Virus record (IMG/VR): IMGVR_UViG_3300015370_000006
Coordinates: 1 to 37,419 of that record
Length of the DNA stretch: 37,419 nucleotides
Source of the DNA: a virus
Lineage: Duplodnaviria; Caudoviricetes
Strand: one strand, 5' to 3'
How positions within the stretch are numbered: the stretch's first letter is position 1; every line of letters begins with the position of its first letter. A model generated the notes under the pieces. It did not search any database, was not told the DNA's origin, and saw only the letters and a list, made by a program, of their open reading frames with translations. Positions 7,875 to 16,333 of the stretch are shown one piece after another. Both the position numbers and the translations under genes were made by a program.

Positions 7875-9932
7875 TTATTCTTCGGGTTCGTTAAGTATGT
7901 CTTGCCATGTTGACGCTCCGCTACTCGATGTTGTTGATTTCTTATTTACCGCATAATCCGGGTTATTCGGGTTGCGGTATCCTTTCATTTTTGTATCAAA
8001 CGATGTGGCACTATAACCGGCCTGCGTCCACATATTGCGGTATTTCTGATAATCGTCTGGCGACAAAAAACCATCTTCCCCAAGATCCCCGCTAGTTCCA
8101 ATTCTAGTAGTAACGGCCTCCGCAACGTCCGCCTCCTTTAGTCCGGGCTTCAATGAGGTTGGCATGTTGTCATTACCAGTAACTTTAGTAACCGGCATGT
8201 TGTCATTACTTCCGGCTGATTTTACAACCGGCATGTTGCTCTTTGTCGCGCCTCCGCCTCTTACATAGCTTGTAATATTCTTGATATAAGCCGGCACGGT
8301 CGTCCCGTACACGTCGGCCGAATTATTGCCGGCGGCCGGGCGTCCGCTAAACCACATTGAGGCTGTATCCTCAACCGTTCCATATTTCTGATAGTATTCT
8401 GCCAACTTCTTACGGGCTATGATTTCTTGCGCCTCTGGGTTCTTCAAAAATTCCTGTGCTGTCATTGATTGCCCTAGTACCGCCTTACTCCATGACGGAA
8501 TGTTATTACCCATAATTTGGTACTTGCCATATGCTCGGTCACCATTTGCGGAGGCCTGCGAAACCGCCCCGTAATTAAAGCCGGACTCCATGTTGGCAAT
8601 TCCATCCACTAACCTGTCAAACTCATCAACGCCGGAGGTATAGGGGCTATCAGAGGACGTTGTGCCTCCATCGTAACTATCGCCCCACGGGTTCTCAACT
8701 CCTGCGCCAAATTTCCCGGCTTTAGGTTCAAAAGTTCCAGTATTTTTATCAAATACACCGGCCTGCGTGTTGTCGTTTCCACTTATGAATTGATAGTCGC
8801 CTTTTGTTGAACCGCCAATTTTAGTCGCGCTCAATCCATCCGGGGTAACGCTCCACAATTCACCGTCAACAATCTTAACATCATTACCTACTGCGTCGGC
8901 CGGTAATTCCTGTGTGTAATATTTCATTTCCCCAGTCTTTGGATCTATGCCATAGGCCATTAAGTAGTTGCCTTTAATATCCGTTTTCCAATCAATCTTT
9001 TCTTCTGCCGGTTTATACATGTTTAATTTAGCCGCCAATTCTAACTCACTCATGTTTGTTGACTCTAGTAATTGTTGCAACCTCTCCGGGTCATCGGCCT
9101 TAATATCGTCAATGCTATATCCGGCCGTGCCTAAAGTTTCAATAGTTGCGCTCGCCGCCTCTTGTGCTTTTGCAATATAATTAGCGTAACCATCCGCGTC
9201 ATTTGAGGCCTGTGCCTTTTCGGCCTGTATTCTGTTATAAGATACCTCGTCCATTTTAGTGTAGATAGCAGATATTTGTTGTCCGCGTTCAACCTCAATA
9301 GCTTTTAGTGCGTTTGCGTTTGCATTTTCTTGATTTTTCGTATTTGCGTCGCCAAAATCTGACCCAATAAGACCGGATCTCGCATTGACCGCGCGGGTCT
9401 TTCCTAAATTACCCTCATTGACAACCCTACGTTCACCAATCATTGAATCATAAGCACCATTGATAGCGTCAATCCGGGCTTGATTTTCTGACCGCACTTG
9501 TTCTCTGATTGCGTTTTCATCTACTCCCGCATTTTGCTGGGCTTTCCATTCCTCCAAAGACATTGTACTGCCATCCGATCTTGTGCCTCCGGCTAGATTT
9601 CCGCTTGCGTCATAGCGCGGGGCTGTGGTCGCTGTCGGTTTGCTTCCATCTTTCCAAGTCTTTGCGCTCTCATCGTAATAACGCGAAGTCTGCGCCGGGG
9701 CTGGCGCAATAGGTGTTGGTTTTGTTACGGCCTCCGGCGTGTATGAGTCAACATTTTTATTAGTAGTAATAGCTTGGTTTTTGATTGCTGTTGGGGCTAT
9801 CATCCCATTTGCTTGTGTACTCCCTACTGTGCCGCCCGTAATAAGTTTATTCGGGTCTGCGACACTCCGGGCGGCTACGTTTGACAGGTTTTCTGACTCA
9901 ACCTGTTTTATCATGTCTTGGACTGTTTTCAT
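7875..9932 (-). CDS. Probable ejection protein with lysozyme/transglycosylase-like domain
   Basis: IANMESGFNY..AYGKYQIM motif; coiled-coil N-half; located just upstream of the giant gene. Confidence 0.75.
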   Translation of the reverse strand: MKTVQDMIKQVESENLSNVAARSVADPNKLITGGTVGSTQANGMIAPTAIKNQAITTNKNVDSYTPEAVTKPTPIAPAPAQTSRYYDESAKTWKDGSKPTATTAPRYDASGNLAGGTRSDGSTMSLEEWKAQQNAGVDENAIREQVRSENQARIDAINGAYDSMIGERRVVNEGNLGKTRAVNARSGLIGSDFGDANTKNQENANANALKAIEVERGQQISAIYTKMDEVSYNRIQAEKAQASNDADGYANYIAKAQEAASATIETLGTAGYSIDDIKADDPERLQQLLESTNMSELELAAKLNMYKPAEEKIDWKTDIKGNYLMAYGIDPKTGEMKYYTQELPADAVGNDVKIVDGELWSVTPDGLSATKIGGSTKGDYQFISGNDNTQAGVFDKNTGTFEPKAGKFGAGVENPWGDSYDGGTTSSDSPYTSGVDEFDRLVDGIANMESGFNYGAVSQASANGDRAYGKYQIMGNNIPSWSKAVLGQSMTAQEFLKNPEAQEIIARKKLAEYYQKYGTVEDTASMWFSGRPAAGNNSADVYGTTVPAYIKNITSYVRGGGATKSNMPVVKSAGSNDNMPVTKVTGNDNMPTSLKPGLKEADVAEAVTTRIGTSGDLGEDGFLSPDDYQKYRNMWTQAGYSATSFDTKMKGYRNPNNPDYAVNKKSTTSSSGASTWQDILNEPEE

Positions 9933-9954
9933 AATAAGTTTTTAAGAATTTTTT

Positions 9955-11589
9955 TTATTCGCTATAAGCCGTCCAGTAAACGGTCGCTGTTGTTATGTAG
10001 TCACTTGCTGATAATGTAAAGCCTGTTTGGGTTTTGCTTGTCACCGTCCCCGCGTTTTCAACTTGTGAGGCGTTAGCGTCGTAAACATACCAAGCCTTAG
10101 CTGTTACTCCACCATGAACTTCTGTACCTAACCCCTCTATATAAGTACATCTATTCGAGTCATCTCCAATTGACATGCCCCCCTGCGCTTGCGTTGTTCC
10201 GGCTGTTACTTCAATCCTTGTTGGATAAAAGCCTGTTGTCTGGGCATATGTTGTAGATGATGTAACAGATTGTGAACCGAGCCTTATAAACTTAGGTTCA
10301 ATAACTCGGAATGATGTTGTCGATAATGCCTGTGCTACTTTCGCTGGGCGTGTTGCGTGAGGGGTTACTGAAATAGAACCAGTTGTTCCTGATATATAAT
10401 AATATGATCCGGCTGTAAGGCTTGACGCTCCCGTTACAACTGCGCCGGGCTTTGCAAATCTTACCGTTTCATCTGCACCAGTAGCCGCGTCAAGAGCAAA
10501 GCCAATAAAAGAATATGTACTCTCGTCACCGTCCGCGTCCGTTTTATAAAGTTTTCCATCGGAGGCTTTAACATAAAGTGAATCCCAATAAGCAAATGCT
10601 TCCCCGGATGTAGACGTACTTTCGTTTTGAGATACCATCGTTTGAGATTGACTATAACGTGTTGGGTCATCGCTACTATCCGCGTCCGTACTGATTTGGA
10701 ATTGATCTGCGGTAGTTCCTGCTGTTAGGTCTGAAATGGTTATTGCTGTTGATGATGAGATATGTAACCCTCCATTTGTAAAATTAAGGCCTCCACCAGT
10801 CAATAAATCTATATAAATCTTTGAGTCTGTTATGCCTATGCCTTTTGTTGTTGACGCTGTAAGGCCACCGGCCGCACCCGAATTGATAGCCACCGTTGAA
10901 ACGCCATCGTCTGAATACTGCCATTCATTTGCTGACTCGTTGTATTGTAAAAAAGGCAAGTTAGCGTCCGCATTATCTGCCATTAGTTTTTTGTTCTGTG
11001 ACGTTTCCCCATTACCAAACATGAACGTAGAGCTTGCGGACTCTGTGCCGTTTAGTATCCGGCTTAGAATTGCTAACTGCGGATAGTTCGTCATCTTAAC
11101 CGTAGCACCGCGCCTATGCTCAAATTTTAGGGCTGTAATAGAGGTTTCGCCGTCTTGCACGTCAATGCCTCTCGTTACTACCGTACAAGCCGTAGATGAA
11201 CAGGTAGCGGTCACAAATTCCTCACTTGTTGAACCCTCATCAATTACAAAACCATAAAATCCGGATAATGCCCGGTCTTGTTTGTCCGTACCTCTAACAA
11301 GGGTAAATGTCTCCGCCGTGCTTGACATGCGGGACGCTAGAGAATCTGAATACAATGCAATAACTGTTGGAATAGTAGCACCTACTAGATCGCCGGTTTC
11401 TAAAGTCTGTCCGGCATAAATTAAATCCGGGTTATCAATCCCGTTAAACTGTGCCAACGCTTCAACGGTTGTGCCGTTTCGTTGTGCGATTTTTGATAGT
11501 GTGTCGCCGGGCTGTATTAAAACTTGCGCGGCGTAGGTTGGGAGGGCTACGAAAAGCGCGGCCAACAAAATGTAAAATAGTTTTTTCAT
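9955..11589 (-). CDS. Signal peptide + LysM + tail fibre/spike-like protein
   Basis: MKKLFYILLAALFVALPTYAA; IQPGDTLSKIAQRNGTTVEALAQFNGIDNPDLIYAGQTL is a LysM; Thr/Ser-rich beta body. Confidence 0.8.
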   Translation of the reverse strand: MKKLFYILLAALFVALPTYAAQVLIQPGDTLSKIAQRNGTTVEALAQFNGIDNPDLIYAGQTLETGDLVGATIPTVIALYSDSLASRMSSTAETFTLVRGTDKQDRALSGFYGFVIDEGSTSEEFVTATCSSTACTVVTRGIDVQDGETSITALKFEHRRGATVKMTNYPQLAILSRILNGTESASSTFMFGNGETSQNKKLMADNADANLPFLQYNESANEWQYSDDGVSTVAINSGAAGGLTASTTKGIGITDSKIYIDLLTGGGLNFTNGGLHISSSTAITISDLTAGTTADQFQISTDADSSDDPTRYSQSQTMVSQNESTSTSGEAFAYWDSLYVKASDGKLYKTDADGDESTYSFIGFALDAATGADETVRFAKPGAVVTGASSLTAGSYYYISGTTGSISVTPHATRPAKVAQALSTTSFRVIEPKFIRLGSQSVTSSTTYAQTTGFYPTRIEVTAGTTQAQGGMSIGDDSNRCTYIEGLGTEVHGGVTAKAWYVYDANASQVENAGTVTSKTQTGFTLSASDYITTATVYWTAYSE

Positions 11590-11591
11590 AT

Positions 11592-13412
11592 TTAGCGATA
11601 TTTCTTAATAAGTTTTTTAGCGTATAATCTTATGTCGTGATCAACAACTCTAGTAATTGAAACGTATCCAATCCCCTGCGCAACAAAGCGCAATTGCCTG
11701 TTCTCGAATTTATCAAGCCCTAATTTTAATGCCGTTAGATAATGGTATGCCTCTACATCGTCACCGCCTCCGCCAATTTCCTTTGAACCAATTGTGTTTG
11801 CGCCAACATTGATTGCATTACCAACGTCAACATAACTACCTGTCCCCTCGATTGTGCCAACTAGCGTCCAGCCTCCCCGGTCTGTGTCTATATAAACATC
11901 GTAAGATTGATTTGTTTGTATCTCACCCTCTAGCCATAAATGCCTAACCTTTTTTACATTTTCAATCTGCAAATCTGATATTCTACCCTCCCAATAATTA
12001 TTGATTAAAGAGTCTGAATCATCGAACCCACTAAACAAAGTAAGTACGTTATTAGATATTGACTCACCACCAATCAACGCGCCGTTATAAACTTCAATTT
12101 TTGACAAGTAATAATCGCGAATATCTACGCTCCCCCATGTTTTGTGGTACATGAAAAGCCGGTTGTTTACCGTTGAATCCTCTGTGCGTCCGGTGAATAA
12201 AATATAATCGCTCCATTCAAACATCTGACAATCATCGAATATATAGCCATCAAGTTTTATATTTTCCGTTACTGTTTTTGGTGATACTTCTGATTGTGAA
12301 TTGATATACAATTTTCTAAACCTCGGCTTGCTACCGTCTGAATTGTCTATGTAAAAAATACCAACTGATGATGATATGGCCGCGCGCTTGCTAGGTATGC
12401 CAACCGCATATCTAAACGGCAAATTGGTCGCGTTTGTATCGTCTGCTGTTAGTGTCAAAGCCCATGTCTTATTTTCGTGAAAACAATAATCCGTATCATT
12501 CAAAGTAAAGACACCTTGCAGATCCCCTCCCCCATCATCCTGCCTAAATATAAAACCCTCACCGGCAAGGCGTGTAGCTGATTTGGTAAAGTCTGCAATT
12601 CCTTTACTTGTCGAATCCTCCCATTGATAATCTGCCGTCCCTACGCCCGCATTGCTTAACGTATATTCGCCGGTCATATAGTTGATCGTTCCAGTTCCCC
12701 CAGCGTCCCCGGTTAAAATGCCGTTGTAGTCGTCTGTATATACCTCTCCCGTCCCTGTGATAGTGATAGCAACGCCAAAACACGTCCTCATAGCTCCCCC
12801 AGCCTTAAATGCCAATGTTCCTGTAAGTGAGGTTGTTGCCTCGGCTGTCACGGTCGTATAGGACGCTGTATCAATAAATGACCCATAAAGACCTGTCTTG
12901 TCATTGTCACGCCCCCATAACCACATGCGGTTCTGCTTAATTGCTATCAAGCCCTTAAAATTCTTGGCCGAACTATACATATCCGCGTAGCTGTCCGGGT
13001 TGGCCGTCATCACCTTGAACAAAGAACTTTTAGGCGAACATATCCAAAGTTGCGCGCCGGCGTTTGTATTGTAGTTAGCAAATGAAACGTCCTCACCGTC
13101 CGCGTCCGCGCCTAGAATATCTGACCCTAATTCTACCCAATCCGATGTTGTTGTATCGTAATATTCTACTTTCTGGCCTCTTGATCTCCACGCAATAGCT
13201 GTGCCATCTGATTTGTAGGCGATATGTACACCCGTTACACGTCCACTCCCAGAGGTTTCTGTGCCAATTACATCTGACCCCCGGCTTAATTCGATTTTGT
13301 CGCCCTGTGTCAACCAATTCAAAGAGTCGGCGGCCGCACCATCCGGGATAGATTGTGGTTCGATTGCGTTTACTACGCCATACTTAAAATTTTTGGTTGA
13401 AAATGTTTTCAT
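11592..13412 (-). CDS. Tail nozzle / DNA stabilization protein (P22 gp10 or tubular protein B-like)
   Basis: 606 aa, beta-propeller-like composition, N-terminal GVVNAIEPQSIPDG, follows the adaptor. Confidence 0.7.
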   Translation of the reverse strand: MKTFSTKNFKYGVVNAIEPQSIPDGAAADSLNWLTQGDKIELSRGSDVIGTETSGSGRVTGVHIAYKSDGTAIAWRSRGQKVEYYDTTTSDWVELGSDILGADADGEDVSFANYNTNAGAQLWICSPKSSLFKVMTANPDSYADMYSSAKNFKGLIAIKQNRMWLWGRDNDKTGLYGSFIDTASYTTVTAEATTSLTGTLAFKAGGAMRTCFGVAITITGTGEVYTDDYNGILTGDAGGTGTINYMTGEYTLSNAGVGTADYQWEDSTSKGIADFTKSATRLAGEGFIFRQDDGGGDLQGVFTLNDTDYCFHENKTWALTLTADDTNATNLPFRYAVGIPSKRAAISSSVGIFYIDNSDGSKPRFRKLYINSQSEVSPKTVTENIKLDGYIFDDCQMFEWSDYILFTGRTEDSTVNNRLFMYHKTWGSVDIRDYYLSKIEVYNGALIGGESISNNVLTLFSGFDDSDSLINNYWEGRISDLQIENVKKVRHLWLEGEIQTNQSYDVYIDTDRGGWTLVGTIEGTGSYVDVGNAINVGANTIGSKEIGGGGDDVEAYHYLTALKLGLDKFENRQLRFVAQGIGYVSITRVVDHDIRLYAKKLIKKYR

Positions 13413-13414
13413 AG

Positions 13415-14029
13415 TTACATTGACCCTAAGTCATATTCTGCACCGTAGTCATCCGGCACGGCATTTTCTACTGAACGCCTAGTTATTTGTGTTTGCCAAT
13501 TTACTAATTGATTATGATATAGACTTTTTTGCATAACCATTCTGTCATCCCAAGTATAATTTTTATCTCCTTGATCTATCGCAAAATATTGCTCGGCCAT
13601 TTCATAAGCTATGAGTTCATGCGCGCAAGGCCATACCGGCTCTGTGCTGGCCGTTACTTCGTCCGGGTCATAGATATAAAAGTGATTAACCATTCCCGAT
13701 AGATTTGCGCCTAGAATATAGTATTGACTGTTAGCCATATCCAAATACCAACGCATTGACGAATTAACAAATAACCGCTTTTGTTCAAACGGTATCTGCA
13801 TGTATTTCTCATTGTTGACGTATAGCGCGAGTGTCCGCATATAGTCACTTGGTAAATCTATCGCTGAATTTGTAGCTGATTTTGAACTATCCTCTTTTTT
13901 CAAAAACTCCCAATCACGCTCGCCCTCTACTTTGCGGCGCGCGCCATTTAATAGTTGCAACTCAAAATCGCTATCGAGTGAGTCATCAATCAAATTGCGA
14001 AACATTGTTATAATTTCTGTACCAGTCAT
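13415..14029 (-). CDS. Head-tail adaptor (tubular protein A-like)
   Basis: MTGTEIITMFRNLID..WEFL..IDLPSDY pattern; 204 aa; position. Confidence 0.7.
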   Translation of the reverse strand: MTGTEIITMFRNLIDDSLDSDFELQLLNGARRKVEGERDWEFLKKEDSSKSATNSAIDLPSDYMRTLALYVNNEKYMQIPFEQKRLFVNSSMRWYLDMANSQYYILGANLSGMVNHFYIYDPDEVTASTEPVWPCAHELIAYEMAEQYFAIDQGDKNYTWDDRMVMQKSLYHNQLVNWQTQITRRSVENAVPDDYGAEYDLGSM

Positions 14030-14030
14030 A

Positions 14031-15005
14031 TTAGTTTCCGCGATATGGGTTAGAATTAAAGATATGTTTTATTGGGAATGGCCACTCGTCTACTTCTTTT
14101 ATTGGCACTTCATTCCAACCTCTTATGCCGTACACACTCTTAAAAAGCGTTTCGGCCGTTATGTCCCCCCCAGAAAAAGCTATCAAGGATGGCTCGTCGT
14201 AGGTCTTCACACATAGTGCGGAATGACCTTTTTTTTTGAGTATCTCAATTTTCATAGTTTTTTTAATGCAATGAATCATGGGGCTACCAAAAGGGTAATT
14301 CCATGCGTACTTTAGATATTGTTCATTTTCGCTATCTTCGATAATCCAATATTTGCCATCTACATAACCCACAATAGCAACCTCATGTATGTACGCTTGA
14401 CTAACACTATTCCAATAAACAATACCATTTTTAATATTGTATTGCTGAACATCAACTTGAACCGGCGAATGTTTTAGCCCGGCTTTGATCGCCGTTGCGC
14501 TGTTATCTCCTACCCATTTATAGCGGGTTGTTGCTAAATCCAAGCCCTCCAAGCCTTTCTTTAGTAATGCGCTTGTTAGGGGTTTATAAACCTCATCAAG
14601 TGTCATGTCATCTAAATAAGGATAGTCGCCCTCTTTAACCCAGCCATGTGTTCTTTTCCACTCTGCAACTGTGCGCTTGCTATTGCCACGTCCCCGAATT
14701 GTACCCGAACCCACACCAACAAAAATATCACTAAAATTGATTATCTCATCATAGCGTTTCTTATAAATATACTCATGGATATTATTCAATGAGTATGTAA
14801 CACACATGAACGTGTCGCCTTTGTTATTTCTTTGTAGCTCCGGCTCTGGCCTCTCATCAAGCCATTGGCCATTTTCCATTAGAATATCAAAATCTTCTCC
14901 GGCTTCTCCGCCAAGGATATGATCTTGTTCCTGTGGTTTCTCTACAATCAATGCACCTTTTGGCTGTTTGATTGTTTTGTCGTCTGCAAAAATAATGTTT
15001 TTCAT
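14031..15005 (-). CDS. Papain-fold (C1-like) cysteine peptidase
   Basis: Q..CVTYS, HEVAIVGY, WIIEDS catalytic pattern; ATG 15005 preferred to the track's start at 15029. Confidence 0.75.
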   Translation of the reverse strand: MKNIIFADDKTIKQPKGALIVEKPQEQDHILGGEAGEDFDILMENGQWLDERPEPELQRNNKGDTFMCVTYSLNNIHEYIYKKRYDEIINFSDIFVGVGSGTIRGRGNSKRTVAEWKRTHGWVKEGDYPYLDDMTLDEVYKPLTSALLKKGLEGLDLATTRYKWVGDNSATAIKAGLKHSPVQVDVQQYNIKNGIVYWNSVSQAYIHEVAIVGYVDGKYWIIEDSENEQYLKYAWNYPFGSPMIHCIKKTMKIEILKKKGHSALCVKTYDEPSLIAFSGGDITAETLFKSVYGIRGWNEVPIKEVDEWPFPIKHIFNSNPYRGN

Positions 15006-15091
15006 AATCCTAGACCCTCGCGCAACCAAGGGCTGGGGATTATGCTTATTTCACCACATCCTTGCCATGAGCTGTACTGCAATGAAATAAG
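15003..15091 (-). promoter_or_regulatory. Two tandem hairpins; the second sequesters the peptidase start codon
   Basis: CATAATCC(15003-10)/GGATTATG(15037-44) and CTTATTTCA(15045-53)/TGAAATAAG(15083-91). Confidence 0.6.
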
Positions 15092-15105
15092 GTATTCCAA
15101 CTAAA

Positions 15106-15264
15106 TTACTCGGTAACAGGTGTGTCCTCCGGCAATTTTTCTTCACCCATGACTTCTTCGGCTACTTCCTCAACTGGCGCACTCTCCGGGGTTTCGATCT
15201 CCGGGGTTTCTTCTGTTTCAACCTCTGGGGTTTCAACAACTTCTTGTTTTTCTTCTTCTATCAT
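15106..15264 (-). CDS. 52-aa Glu/Pro-rich protein (not in ORF track)
   Basis: MIEEEKQEVVETPEVETEETPEIETPES..; A-rich start context like neighbouring genes. Confidence 0.65.
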   Translation of the reverse strand: MIEEEKQEVVETPEVETEETPEIETPESAPVEEVAEEVMGEEKLPEDTPVTE

Positions 15265-15331
15265 ATATTTTTTGGGCTATGCCCGTTAAGAATTTTAAGT
15301 AATTTTTAAGTTTACTTTATAAATAATTGAC

Positions 15332-15607
15332 CTACTCAATCCCTTTTTTTAGTTCCTCTATAATCTGAATAAGATAATCGAGCTTTGTTTCCATTTTGCC
15401 AAAATTATTTTGTATTTGTGTTTGATTGAGTTCTAGTTTGATGATACGAGATTTGTTTTCTGCCGCCATTTCATTACAATGCTCTGCGTCATTTTTAACA
15501 TTGAGCGCAAAAACAATAGCTGTAACTGTTGGTATGATAAAAAATGTTATCAAGCCAATCGAGATGGCTGTTTTTTTGTCTATGTATTTTAGTGTTTGCT
15601 CTCCCAT
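15332..15607 (-). CDS. TM + coiled-coil protein (lysis-module type)
   Basis: One TM segment then a heptad-like tail; adjacent to the holin-like gene. Confidence 0.6.
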   Translation of the reverse strand: MGEQTLKYIDKKTAISIGLITFFIIPTVTAIVFALNVKNDAEHCNEMAAENKSRIIKLELNQTQIQNNFGKMETKLDYLIQIIEELKKGIE

Positions 15608-15610
15608 AGA

Positions 15611-15907
15611 TTATTCAACTATTTCTTCTTGTTCATCTTCTGGTTCATCTTCAGAATCTTCTGCCGGCGTTGGCAAAAACTCGGTTTGTTTACCAAAATG
15701 CAAGCCTCCCATGGCCTGTGATCGACCATATATTGCATAGATAGCACCACCCATAGCTACAAGCCCGGCTATACCTTGCATGATTACATCTGCCTCTCCG
15801 GGCAAAACTTCAACACCAAATGCTTTGAGTAGCAAAACAAGTACAGGAAAAATCTGCGCTAGGGTTGCTTTTACCGTCGTTGAATCTAACCAATATTTTG
15901 TTGTCAT
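15611..15907 (-). CDS. Holin-like protein
   Basis: KYWLDSTTV start, two TM segments, IYGR, acidic tail. Confidence 0.65.
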   Translation of the reverse strand: MTTKYWLDSTTVKATLAQIFPVLVLLLKAFGVEVLPGEADVIMQGIAGLVAMGGAIYAIYGRSQAMGGLHFGKQTEFLPTPAEDSEDEPEDEQEEIVE

Positions 15908-15908
15908 A

Positions 15909-16331
15909 TTATTTAGTTTCTTTAATAGTTAGCGTCCCCTCTATAGGGGTTAGTTGTTCGTTTGTTTTTTCAAAAAATGGCTTATTGTATTCTCCATTTA
16001 TTGGTTGCTCATCCTTTGATTTTGCCCCCTCATTGACTAGCTGTATATATTCTTGTAGTTCTTGCCATGTACCTACGAAATGTCCGTTAGAATCGATATT
16101 TGAGCGTCGTTTTGCCTTTAATTCCTCGTACTGTTTGGCTGTTGGTGTGACAAGTTTTTTGTCTTTATCTAAAACTTTGATTGATGTTTCGACTGTCACC
16201 GGCTTAACAAGCTCTACAATTTCAAGCTCTGCGCCAATCATAGGTTCTTTAGTAAGCGTTACCGCCAATAACATTCCTGCTCCAAGAACTGCTACCGAAC
16301 CTACGCCTATGAGTGATTTTGGTATATCCAT
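15909..16331 (-). CDS. Hypothetical protein with N-terminal TM and PMIGA motif
   Basis: Tightly packed in the operon; hydrophobic N-terminus. Confidence 0.7.
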   Translation of the reverse strand: MDIPKSLIGVGSVAVLGAGMLLAVTLTKEPMIGAELEIVELVKPVTVETSIKVLDKDKKLVTPTAKQYEELKAKRRSNIDSNGHFVGTWQELQEYIQLVNEGAKSKDEQPINGEYNKPFFEKTNEQLTPIEGTLTIKETK

Positions 16332-16333
16332 AT

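Noticed and set aside
1623-7913. Other + strand ORFs inside the giant gene, including the 2850-3329 part of the 235-aa ORF
   Set aside because: Nearly all lie in one stop-poor shadow frame with S/F/L-rich composition; I found no good promoter for them, unlike 3330-3557
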